Shown: positions 15,471 to 23,305 of the stretch, piece after piece
Numbering within the stretch: the stretch's first letter is position 1
Layout: each line of letters starts with the position of its first letter
NCBI GenBank assembly: GCA_902796815.1
Contig: CADBQL010000019.1
Location: 1-25,286 of the forward strand
Reading direction: 5' to 3'
DNA length: 25,286 nt
DNA from: an uncultured Coriobacteriaceae bacterium
Lineage (GTDB): Bacteria; Actinomycetota; Coriobacteriia; Coriobacteriales; Eggerthellaceae
The notes under the pieces: model-generated
What the model saw: only the letters and a program-made list of their open reading frames with translations
Told to the model about the DNA's origin: nothing
The model's database searches: none
Position numbers and translations under genes: made by a program

Positions 15471-17636
15471 GTGGCAAAGCAAGCGATTGTCGGACTCGTT
15501 GCGCATGTTGACGCGGGAAAAACCACCCTGGCTGAGGCCATGCTGTTCAACGCGGGGGCGATTAGGTCGATGGGTAGGGTCGACAAGGCGGATTCCCATC
15601 TTGATACCCATGCCATCGAGAAAACGCGTGGTATAACCATATTTACAGGGCAAGCCCATTTCATCTGGAAAAACCTTCACGTAGACGTGCTCGACGCGCC
15701 AGGACATGTTGACTTTTCGGCTGAGGCGGAGCGCACGATTCGCGCGCTTGACTACGCAATCCTCGTTATCGATGGAAACGATGGCGTGCAAACTCACACG
15801 CTGACTATGTGGCGCTTGTTGGAGCGGTATCATGTGCCCTGCTTCATATTCTTCAACAAAATGGACCTTGCGGTGAACGGTCGAGACGAGCTCCTTTTGC
15901 AAGTTGTCAATCGGTTTGGGAATGGATGCTTTGATGCGGCGCGATTAAACGCCCCCGAGATTCAGGAAGAGCTCGCGTCGATTGACGAACGAGCGATTGA
16001 GGAGTTTTTAACCCAAGAGGTGCTCAGCGTTTCGACGCTGAAACGGTTGGTGGCCGAGCGCAAGGCTCACCCCTGCTATTTCGGGTCTGCGCTCAAGAAT
16101 GAGGGGATAGCAGAGCTGCTCGATGGTCTCGTATGTTACGTTGCTGAATCGTCTGATTGCAGGCGTGCGGGTGGCGTTGCGGGTTTCGTATACCGAATTA
16201 ATCGCGATGTACGCGGCGATCGATTGTGCCATATAAAGCTAACGAGTGGAACGTTGAGACCAAAACAATTGGTCAAGGGTTTTTCCAAAAGAGGTGTTTG
16301 GGAAGAAAAAGTCGATCAAATACGCCTGTACTCGGGAGACAGGTTCGAGGCTATATCGGAGGTGGCGGCGGGTAGGGTGTGTGCTGTTACGGGGTTCTCG
16401 GTTGCCGGCATAGGCGATGTTCTCGGGGATGTTTTTGGCAATGCTTTCGGCGACGCCCCCGGTGGCGGCTTCGGATACGCTTTCGGCAACGCCTCTGGCG
16501 ACGTCCCCGGTGGCGGCTTCGGCAACGCCTCTGGCAACGCCCCCGGTGGCGGCTTCGGCAACGCTTTTGGCGACGCACGCGAAATGATGCCTATGCAGCA
16601 GTCCTCGGCGATAACCCCCGTAATGGCTTATAGCGTTTTACCAGGTAATCACGATGTACATACAGTGTATGCGGCATTAAGCGAGCTGGCAGAGGAAGAC
16701 CCGATGCTTGGCCTTGCCTGGGACGAGCGGCTTCAAGAAATACGCGTGATGATTATGGGGCGCATCCAGCTCGAAGTACTGCAGCAAACCATGGCCGAAC
16801 GGTTTGGGCTTACTGTAGGGTTCGGTGCTGGAGGCGTGCTTTACAAGGAAACGATTGCGGCGCCTGTGCGGGGCGTAGGTCATTTTGAACCATTGCGCCA
16901 TTACGCAGAGGTGCAGCTCATCATCGAGCCTGGAAAGCGGGGTTCGGGTGTGGTTTTTGGCACGCGTGCGAACTTGGATGATCTCGATTTGAATTGGCAG
17001 CGCCTGATACTTACGAACGCGATGGAGCGTGAGCATGTCGGAGTGCTTGTTGGTGCGCCGCTTACAGACGTGCGGATCACGCTGCTCGGCGGGCGCGCGC
17101 ACGCCAAGCACACGGAAGGTGGCGATTTTAGGCAGGCTACGTACCGCGCGATTCGTCAGGGTCTCATGAGCGCTCAAAGCGTGCTGCTCGAACCGTGGTA
17201 CCACTTTGAACTCGAAATACCAGCTGAGCGGGTTGGCCGCGCCCTTGGGGATTTGCACCGCATGGGCGCAAGGTTTAACCCTCCCGATACGTCTGGCATG
17301 GCCGCTCGGCTTGCAGGCGAGGTCCCTGCATCAGAGGTTGGTGATTATGCTGCCGAAGTGGCGGGTTACACGAGTGGCGCAGGCAGCCTGTCGCTCGAGT
17401 TTGGCGGATATGCCCCCTGCCATAATGCTGACAAAATCATCGCTGACAGGGCGTACAATCCCGAAGCCGACCTTCCAAATACACCTGACTCGGTTTTCTG
17501 CTCGCATGGCGCAGGTTTTACGGTGAAATGGGGCGAAGTGCCCTCGCATGCGCATGTCTCGATAGACGAATCGCGTTTACGTCCCTGGCGAGCTGCTGAT
17601 TCGTCGTTTTTTGCGAACGGGCATACGGCATTCTAG
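15471..17636 (+). CDS. EF-G-like translational GTPase of the TetM/TetW-related family (721 aa)
   Basis: GAGG RBS, GTG start; AHVDAGKTT, RGITI, DAPGH, NKMD; domain IV GVGHFEPLRHYAEV, HAKHTEGGDFRQAT; C-terminal NTPDSVFCSHGAG. Confidence 0.85.
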   Translation: MAKQAIVGLVAHVDAGKTTLAEAMLFNAGAIRSMGRVDKADSHLDTHAIEKTRGITIFTGQAHFIWKNLHVDVLDAPGHVDFSAEAERTIRALDYAILVIDGNDGVQTHTLTMWRLLERYHVPCFIFFNKMDLAVNGRDELLLQVVNRFGNGCFDAARLNAPEIQEELASIDERAIEEFLTQEVLSVSTLKRLVAERKAHPCYFGSALKNEGIAELLDGLVCYVAESSDCRRAGGVAGFVYRINRDVRGDRLCHIKLTSGTLRPKQLVKGFSKRGVWEEKVDQIRLYSGDRFEAISEVAAGRVCAVTGFSVAGIGDVLGDVFGNAFGDAPGGGFGYAFGNASGDVPGGGFGNASGNAPGGGFGNAFGDAREMMPMQQSSAITPVMAYSVLPGNHDVHTVYAALSELAEEDPMLGLAWDERLQEIRVMIMGRIQLEVLQQTMAERFGLTVGFGAGGVLYKETIAAPVRGVGHFEPLRHYAEVQLIIEPGKRGSGVVFGTRANLDDLDLNWQRLILTNAMEREHVGVLVGAPLTDVRITLLGGRAHAKHTEGGDFRQATYRAIRQGLMSAQSVLLEPWYHFELEIPAERVGRALGDLHRMGARFNPPDTSGMAARLAGEVPASEVGDYAAEVAGYTSGAGSLSLEFGGYAPCHNADKIIADRAYNPEADLPNTPDSVFCSHGAGFTVKWGEVPSHAHVSIDESRLRPWRAADSSFFANGHTAF
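16413..16580 (+). repeat. 14 x 12-bp in-frame repeat encoding G-x-x-(F/S/P) tetrapeptides
   Basis: GDVL GDVF GNAF GDAP GGGF GYAF GNAS GDVP GGGF GNAS GNAP GGGF GNAF GDAR. Confidence 0.9.
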
Positions 17637-17652
17637 GAATAAGCTGCACTGC

Positions 17653-17677
17653 GCATTGCTTTTGCAATGCCGTTTGC
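17653..17677 (+). terminator. probable terminator after the GTPase gene
   Basis: gcattgc-tttt-gcaatgc followed by cgtttgc; weak U tract. Confidence 0.5.
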
Positions 17678-17721
17678 TTGGGAAAACCTCATGGCTTTTC
17701 TCATAGCCTAGCTAGTGCTCA

Positions 17722-17808
17722 TAACTAATACTTGCCATTTTTCGTAAAGTTAGGGTAAATGCCCAGGTCGTTTTTTTCCATGGGCAAAAAATGGTTGCTA
17801 TTAACTGG
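17722..17808. repeat. ~85-bp inverted-repeat element, copy C
   Basis: taatacttg-ccattttt (17735-17742), 44 bp, aaaaatggttgctatta (17787-17803, identical to 14893-14909), then actgg. Confidence 0.65.
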
Positions 17809-18002
17809 TGAAGCCGGTCGACTCGCAGACGATAATGCTTGAGAAGAATGGGCTTCGCTTTTGGGGCGCCGCTTATTCGAGACGGCCTGATGGTTTGTAC
17901 CGTAATGCGTAAAAGAGTGGCTTGTACTGTGCATGTTCGACAAACTCTCTGTCTGGCCGGGATGGCGGGCATTGTGGCTGAGTGATTGATGCATTACGCA
18001 AC

Positions 18003-18029
18003 TGCGAGTATGCTCGCACCATCTATAAT
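18003..18029 (+). promoter_or_regulatory. TATAAT -10 box with an upstream palindrome
   Basis: tgcgag-tatg-ctcgca (18003-18018) and TATAAT (18024-18029), 69 nt upstream of the ATG at 18099. Confidence 0.45.
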
Positions 18030-18098
18030 GCTATTAAAAGCAATTGGAAATGGTGGCTTCAGCAAAAGCTTGCTTCATGTTGATGATGGGTTGGCGAA

Positions 18099-19577
18099 AT
18101 GACAGAGCGCGGAGATGAACAGAACGCCGATTTGCCAGTTGCTGCGCCGGTAGAAGAGGCGAGCAGGGCTCGGCGTCGATATTATTCGGGTTTGCGCCGT
18201 GAGCGCTCTGCTTCTGAGACGTCGGGGCTTGCGATTACCGATGCGGCGGATCAAACACCTAGAATCGCAACAGCGGTTTCGTCGGGCGACAGGACACATG
18301 TCGATCGACGAGTCGGGTATCGCTTGCGCGTCGGCGATCCTGAGCCCCAGCCGTGCGCGGCGCATGCTGACGCCGTCGGCGATCCTGAGCCCCAGCCGTC
18401 CGCGGCGCATGCTGACGCCGTCGGCGACCCCGAATCGCAACCGCTCGCGGCGTCCGTTACAAGCGTTAGCGACTCTGGAGCCCAAACATTCGCGGCGTCT
18501 ACTGGAAACGTTGACGGTCTCGAGTTCCAGTCGTCTGCGGCGCCAGTCGCCAAATCCGTTTCGGATGCGAACGGTGGGAATGTGGTTGCTGTTGCTGTCG
18601 AACGCGATGGCTATGCTTCGAGGCCTGCGGGTATTCGGCGTGAGATTTCTTCTGCTTCTGGGGCTACGAAGGCTGAAGCTGAGGGCGCATCGCTCGCGGA
18701 AAATACTCTCGAATCAGGGAAGGGCACCTCGCGTCCCGCCGGCGATTTTGCCGAACCTGAATCGGATGTTGCGCTGCTTTCAGGTGACCTTCGAGATCTT
18801 GGATTAAAGCCTTCGCAGCCTGAAGAGCTTCTTGTATCTGATTCGGGCAATTTCCAGCTCGAACATGAGCTGCAGTCGAAAATAGACGCCGAGCGCGCTG
18901 CGAATCCTTCAGAATCAAGACCAGAAGCAGAACCGCGCCTTGAGTCGGTGCGCCAGCAAGTCAGCCCGGAGGTTTTACCTCCAGCAGCTGAGGAATCGTC
19001 ATCGAGCACACCCAAAAAGCGTTCCGCAGATTGGGTATTATATGTTGCTTTTGCAGCCATAATCATCTACTTCCTTATGCCGCTCAGAGCGCCGGTTTCG
19101 AACGACGACAATCGGAGCTCGAGTTCGTCGCACAGCACGAGCGCCTATAGCGAGAAAAAAAGCGATAAAAGCTACGACGCCAATAGTTCCGACGCGAACG
19201 ATCCGGTAATCGAACTGGACATTCGTGATATCGACCCGGTCGTTCTCGTCGATGACGAGATCGTGCACATCGAAGTGACGGGAAAAGGTTCGATGTTCGG
19301 TCGGCGGCCCTGCTACAGGCTCTCCATTGAGAATAAAACCGATGTGTCCCTATCTATATATACTGACGGTGAGTTTACCGCCGATGGCAAATCTTGCAGC
19401 GCTTTCCTGCTAGATGGGGATGTTGGCCCTTCATCACATCTGGACGAAGCGAATCTGCGCCTAACATCGAGTATCTATACAGATGCGGGCGATATCCAGA
19501 ATCTACGTGGTGGTCTTATCGTTTTCGATTCGACGAATCACAAATTCAGCAAAACGTATCCGATCCTAATTAGCTAG
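18099..19577 (+). CDS. single-pass membrane protein: long acidic disordered N-terminus, TM helix, Ser-rich linker, ~120-aa beta-rich C-terminal domain (492 aa)
   Basis: Long ORF; TM WVLYVAFAAIIIYFLMPL after PKKR; start codon uncertain (weak RBS). Confidence 0.7.
   Translation: MTERGDEQNADLPVAAPVEEASRARRRYYSGLRRERSASETSGLAITDAADQTPRIATAVSSGDRTHVDRRVGYRLRVGDPEPQPCAAHADAVGDPEPQPSAAHADAVGDPESQPLAASVTSVSDSGAQTFAASTGNVDGLEFQSSAAPVAKSVSDANGGNVVAVAVERDGYASRPAGIRREISSASGATKAEAEGASLAENTLESGKGTSRPAGDFAEPESDVALLSGDLRDLGLKPSQPEELLVSDSGNFQLEHELQSKIDAERAANPSESRPEAEPRLESVRQQVSPEVLPPAAEESSSSTPKKRSADWVLYVAFAAIIIYFLMPLRAPVSNDDNRSSSSSHSTSAYSEKKSDKSYDANSSDANDPVIELDIRDIDPVVLVDDEIVHIEVTGKGSMFGRRPCYRLSIENKTDVSLSIYTDGEFTADGKSCSAFLLDGDVGPSSHLDEANLRLTSSIYTDAGDIQNLRGGLIVFDSTNHKFSKTYPILIS
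18330..18464 (+). repeat. 3 x 45-bp in-frame repeat (VGDPEPQPxAAHADA)
   Basis: Units at 18330, 18375 and 18420; the first two differ by one base. Confidence 0.85.
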
Positions 19578-19814
19578 CAAGTCGAATAGGCTTTTCCTTA
19601 TGAGAGCCCGCATATGAGCCAAAAAAGAAATCTTTCCTTAATGTGTGTCCGTTAATCCGTGTTTTGATGCCAGGCTGCTGGGCGCTTGATCGGAAGGCTT
19701 TGATAGCCTCCAAGGGTGCGTCCGCACCTAAGCGGAGATGGGTTCCATCTCAGGAGTGCGACCCATTGTGGTTTCAGGATGCTTGGCTGGCCACGAAACG
19801 CTTGCGCACCTGAT

Positions 19815-20891
19815 TTATCGGGACCGCTCGAACGACTCATCGAGTTTGAACGAGACGAGTATCGCGGTGGCCAAGCGATATGTCGCCGCATCATTTGCAG
19901 GCGGCTCTCCCAGTCCCAAATAGATTCTGTCACCTGGGGCGAGGGCGACAGCGCCCCTATGCACTGACGAGGGCTGGTGCACGTTTTCGACGTAGCTTCC
20001 ATTTGTGGAAAGGTCGTAATAGTACCAGTTGTCTCCTGTGCGCACGATGACGCCGTGAGCTCTTGACGTGCTTGTATGCGTATGCGAAAGGGGAAACGCA
20101 ATCGGCTTTTTCTGCTCAATCGCTGAAGCGAGCTCGCCGTCGCATACATTTGCGAAATTGGTGAAGTCAAGGTCACGCCCCAGAAAGATCGCGTGATCCT
20201 TGTCGTATGTGCCCGAATAACCAATAAGCCCTGCATCGTCGCAAAAAAGCTGGGTGAGGATAATCGAGCTCATGTCGACAGTCGCCTGTGGCAAAGCATT
20301 CGCCTCATCGCCCTTTTCGCGCACTGTTACGGTGTTGACACCCGACCGGGCTGCAGCGTGGTCGGGGCCGTAAATGAGGCCTGCTACGAGCGGAATCGCA
20401 AAGTTTCTAAATGTCTGCGGCAGCGTGACATCAATGTTTTCGAGGGCGTAATCGATTCCCTGCAAAAAGCACGCGATGTCAGAAGGATGGTAGCGTTCCG
20501 CCTCAAAGCCCTCGGCAATCGCTGGCAAAACCACGTTGTGAAAGTCCTTCGCAAAGGTGTCGGGTGCGCTTTGGAGCAATTCATACAGTGTTGAATCACC
20601 TGTTCGTGCACTCATGGTATGTACGCATGTATGAATTGCTTCGAGCTCGAAGTCTCGCCCATGCTTGCCGAGCCAGCTTTCTTCAAAGATCTTGAGGCGG
20701 TTCGAGCGCCCTTGAGCGCGGAAGCGCGAAAGCACCCATGTTTTGCTGGCCTTCGCCGAATCGTCAAAGCGACCGTCGCAGAAGATGTCGCGCCCGAAGT
20801 TTCCCCATCCGCTGTTGTTGTCAGGGAGACCCATCACCTGCGCACAAGCCTTGCAGTAGCCTTCAAGCCCTGAGCGATACCATTGACGCAT
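19815..20891 (-). CDS. FHA-domain protein with unknown N-terminal domain (358 aa)
   Basis: GAGG RBS before ATG 20891; FHA motifs IFLGR, TSRAH, YYDLSTNGS, LAPGDRIYLG in the C-terminal third. Confidence 0.8.
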   Translation of the reverse strand: MRQWYRSGLEGYCKACAQVMGLPDNNSGWGNFGRDIFCDGRFDDSAKASKTWVLSRFRAQGRSNRLKIFEESWLGKHGRDFELEAIHTCVHTMSARTGDSTLYELLQSAPDTFAKDFHNVVLPAIAEGFEAERYHPSDIACFLQGIDYALENIDVTLPQTFRNFAIPLVAGLIYGPDHAAARSGVNTVTVREKGDEANALPQATVDMSSIILTQLFCDDAGLIGYSGTYDKDHAIFLGRDLDFTNFANVCDGELASAIEQKKPIAFPLSHTHTSTSRAHGVIVRTGDNWYYYDLSTNGSYVENVHQPSSVHRGAVALAPGDRIYLGLGEPPANDAATYRLATAILVSFKLDESFERSR

Positions 20892-21011
20892 GTTGTACCT
20901 CGCTTTCGAAACGCAAGAAAAGGAACGCACGCTTTCTTTCAAAGCAACATAACGGGGGTGTGCTCCCTTTTGTGCAAAGAGTCAAAATCTAGGGTAAGTC
21001 ACCCTTGCGAC

Positions 21012-23246
21012 TTAGTTCGCCCACACCACGTCGTTCGAGCCGCCGGAAGAGCCGCCGCCGGACGAGTGCCCACCGCCGCCGGAAGAGCCGCCGCCAGACG
21101 AACCGCCGCCCCATGAGCCTCCGTCATCGTAGTATGGCTCGTAAACGGGCTCGACTACTATCGGAATGAGTTCGTAGTAGAACACGATGACGTTTTTTCC
21201 GGAATCGCGTGCAAGTGTGAGCGATTGCTCGTTTTCGGATTGCAGCTTGTAGCCATCAATTTCAAGTGCCGCCTCGTTGACCTGGGTCTTTTCGGCAATA
21301 CCGTCAACGGTCTTCGATGGCGAAACGTCTGCTTGCGAAGCTTTGTCGAGATAGCGCACCTCGTAACTAACGAGCTTTAGGTATTTGAACGTTATGACGT
21401 TTTTGGAATCGTTCTTCGTGACTTTGAATGAAACCTTGTGCTTGCCTTCAACAGCATACCCGTCGATGTCGAGCGCCTCTTCGATCACTTTCGATCCAAC
21501 TTTCGCCTCTTCAACGGTTTTTGGCTTGGCGAGTTCGTTTTCGTTGGCAGCATCTAGGTATTTGACCTTATAGGAAGCAAGGACCTTTTTCCAAGCGGCG
21601 TGCAGTGTCGTATCGGTATCCACGTCAAGGGGAAAAGTCGCTTCGTTTTTTCGTGCGTCATCGAGGTACCATCCCACAAACTCGTAATTCTTGCGGGTTG
21701 GTGGTTCTGGTTCTTCGACCGTTTGGGACCGGTTGACTGTTACCGGTTCTATGGTGCTCCCTTCCGCCACGTCGAATGAGACGGTGTATGCTGGTGAGAG
21801 CATGTGGTATGCAGCCGCTCCGGCAGCGATGCATACAATCGCAATCGCCGCTAGAGCTGCGATGAGCTTTCCGTGCCTCTTTTTCGGTGGCTCTTTCTTT
21901 GGCTGCGGTTCGGTGGTCGAAGGTTCGTGTTCCTGCGGCTGATGAGGGGTAGGCTCGGGTTCAGGCGATGGTTCGGATTCTGTTGCAGGTTCAGGCTCAG
22001 CCGCAGGCATGGGCTCAGTTGTTGCAGCAGCAGGCTTGGATGAGGGCGTCAGTGCAGGCCCGGATATCGGTTCGGACTCCATTGTCATCGTCAGCTCGCG
22101 CTCTGACGTGGGCTCGAGTTCCCACGTACGTTCGGGCTCTGACGTAGGCTCGGGCTCCGACTCAGACGTCGGTATCGAGCCGAATGGCGCTGAATCGCGT
22201 TGAGTATCGGGACCATTGCCAAAGCTCGTTTCATGGCCAGCGCTCGACTCGGGCGTGTCAGGAACATGATTCAATAGAGATGTCGCGCATGTCGTAGAAA
22301 GATCCTTCTTCATATCGGCGATGGATTGGTAGCGATCGCTACGCCTTGGGGCCATGCCCTTCTTCAGCACGTGCTCCTGTGCCGAAGATATATCGATTCC
22401 CATTTCGCTTGGCCAGACCATTTCTTCACCGATAAGCCTCTGGAGAGATTCATCTGGGGAAACGCCCGTTATCGCTCGGTAAATCGTTGCGCACAACGCA
22501 TAAATATCGGTCCACGGGCCCAGCTCGCCGCGCGCTCGATACTGCTCCTCGGGAGCGTAGCCCGATTTGAGCACCATCGAAACTGTCCGTTGGTCACCAA
22601 ACTCCAACTCGTGTGCCGCCCCGAAGTCCATGAGGCATAGGTTTCCGTTGCTGCACAACATAATATTGTCGGGACTAATATCGCGATGTATAACATGATT
22701 GGAATGGATGAGCTCGAGCGTGTCCAGGATCGGCTGCATGAGAGCAAAGGCTCGATCAGCCTCGATGGTCTCGCGTTGCAGGTAATCCTTGAGCGTTTCG
22801 CCCTCGAGGTAGTCCATGACGATGTAAGCGGTTTCGTTCTGCTCAAAGAAGTCCCGCACGTCGACGATGCCGGAACTCTCATGAAATTTCGCGAGCACGC
22901 GCGCCTCATTGAGAAAGCGCTTTCGGCCAGCTTCCAAGCGTTTCTGTGCTTGAGGGCTTAACGCTGTGACCGCATGAGCTGCTTCACTGGTTCGGCTTAC
23001 GAACAGTGTCGGAAAGTATTCCTTTATGGCGACACGCATGTTCAACATCAGGTCTCGCCCGATGTACGTTATGCCGAAACCCCCTTGTCCGAGCGCTCGC
23101 CCCACAAGATATCGTCCGTTTGCAAGCACGGTTCCTGCAGGAAGGTGATGCGCGATTCGTGCAACATGTCGACCATTGGTGCCGCAGCGAACGCATACGC
23201 CCGCTTCGTCGATTGGTTCCATGCAGTTCAGGCAGTATTCATTCAT
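21012..23246 (-). CDS. Hanks-type transmembrane Ser/Thr kinase: N-terminal Zn ribbon, kinase, P/E/T linker, TM, InlB B-repeat, two MucBP-like repeats, Gly/Ser tail (744 aa)
   Basis: CLNC...CVRC; GQGGFG, VAIKE, HRDISPDN, DFG, GYAPEE; TM LIAALAAIAIVCIAAGAAAY; YTVSFD...FVGWY...TLHAAW; Y.V.YLD...IDGY...NVI.F.Y twice. Confidence 0.9.
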   Translation of the reverse strand: MNEYCLNCMEPIDEAGVCVRCGTNGRHVARIAHHLPAGTVLANGRYLVGRALGQGGFGITYIGRDLMLNMRVAIKEYFPTLFVSRTSEAAHAVTALSPQAQKRLEAGRKRFLNEARVLAKFHESSGIVDVRDFFEQNETAYIVMDYLEGETLKDYLQRETIEADRAFALMQPILDTLELIHSNHVIHRDISPDNIMLCSNGNLCLMDFGAAHELEFGDQRTVSMVLKSGYAPEEQYRARGELGPWTDIYALCATIYRAITGVSPDESLQRLIGEEMVWPSEMGIDISSAQEHVLKKGMAPRRSDRYQSIADMKKDLSTTCATSLLNHVPDTPESSAGHETSFGNGPDTQRDSAPFGSIPTSESEPEPTSEPERTWELEPTSERELTMTMESEPISGPALTPSSKPAAATTEPMPAAEPEPATESEPSPEPEPTPHQPQEHEPSTTEPQPKKEPPKKRHGKLIAALAAIAIVCIAAGAAAYHMLSPAYTVSFDVAEGSTIEPVTVNRSQTVEEPEPPTRKNYEFVGWYLDDARKNEATFPLDVDTDTTLHAAWKKVLASYKVKYLDAANENELAKPKTVEEAKVGSKVIEEALDIDGYAVEGKHKVSFKVTKNDSKNVITFKYLKLVSYEVRYLDKASQADVSPSKTVDGIAEKTQVNEAALEIDGYKLQSENEQSLTLARDSGKNVIVFYYELIPIVVEPVYEPYYDDGGSWGGGSSGGGSSGGGGHSSGGGSSGGSNDVVWAN

Positions 23247-23305
23247 GAGTGTACCGTTCGCTGCACTTTCACCTATATGTCAGTTGGGAACTGGTCATGC
23301 CAGCG

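Noticed and set aside
15471-17636. Calling the GTPase tetM/tetW (resistance gene)
   Set aside because: Only family-level motifs are visible; the C-terminal extension points to a distinct paralog group, so no symbol was assigned
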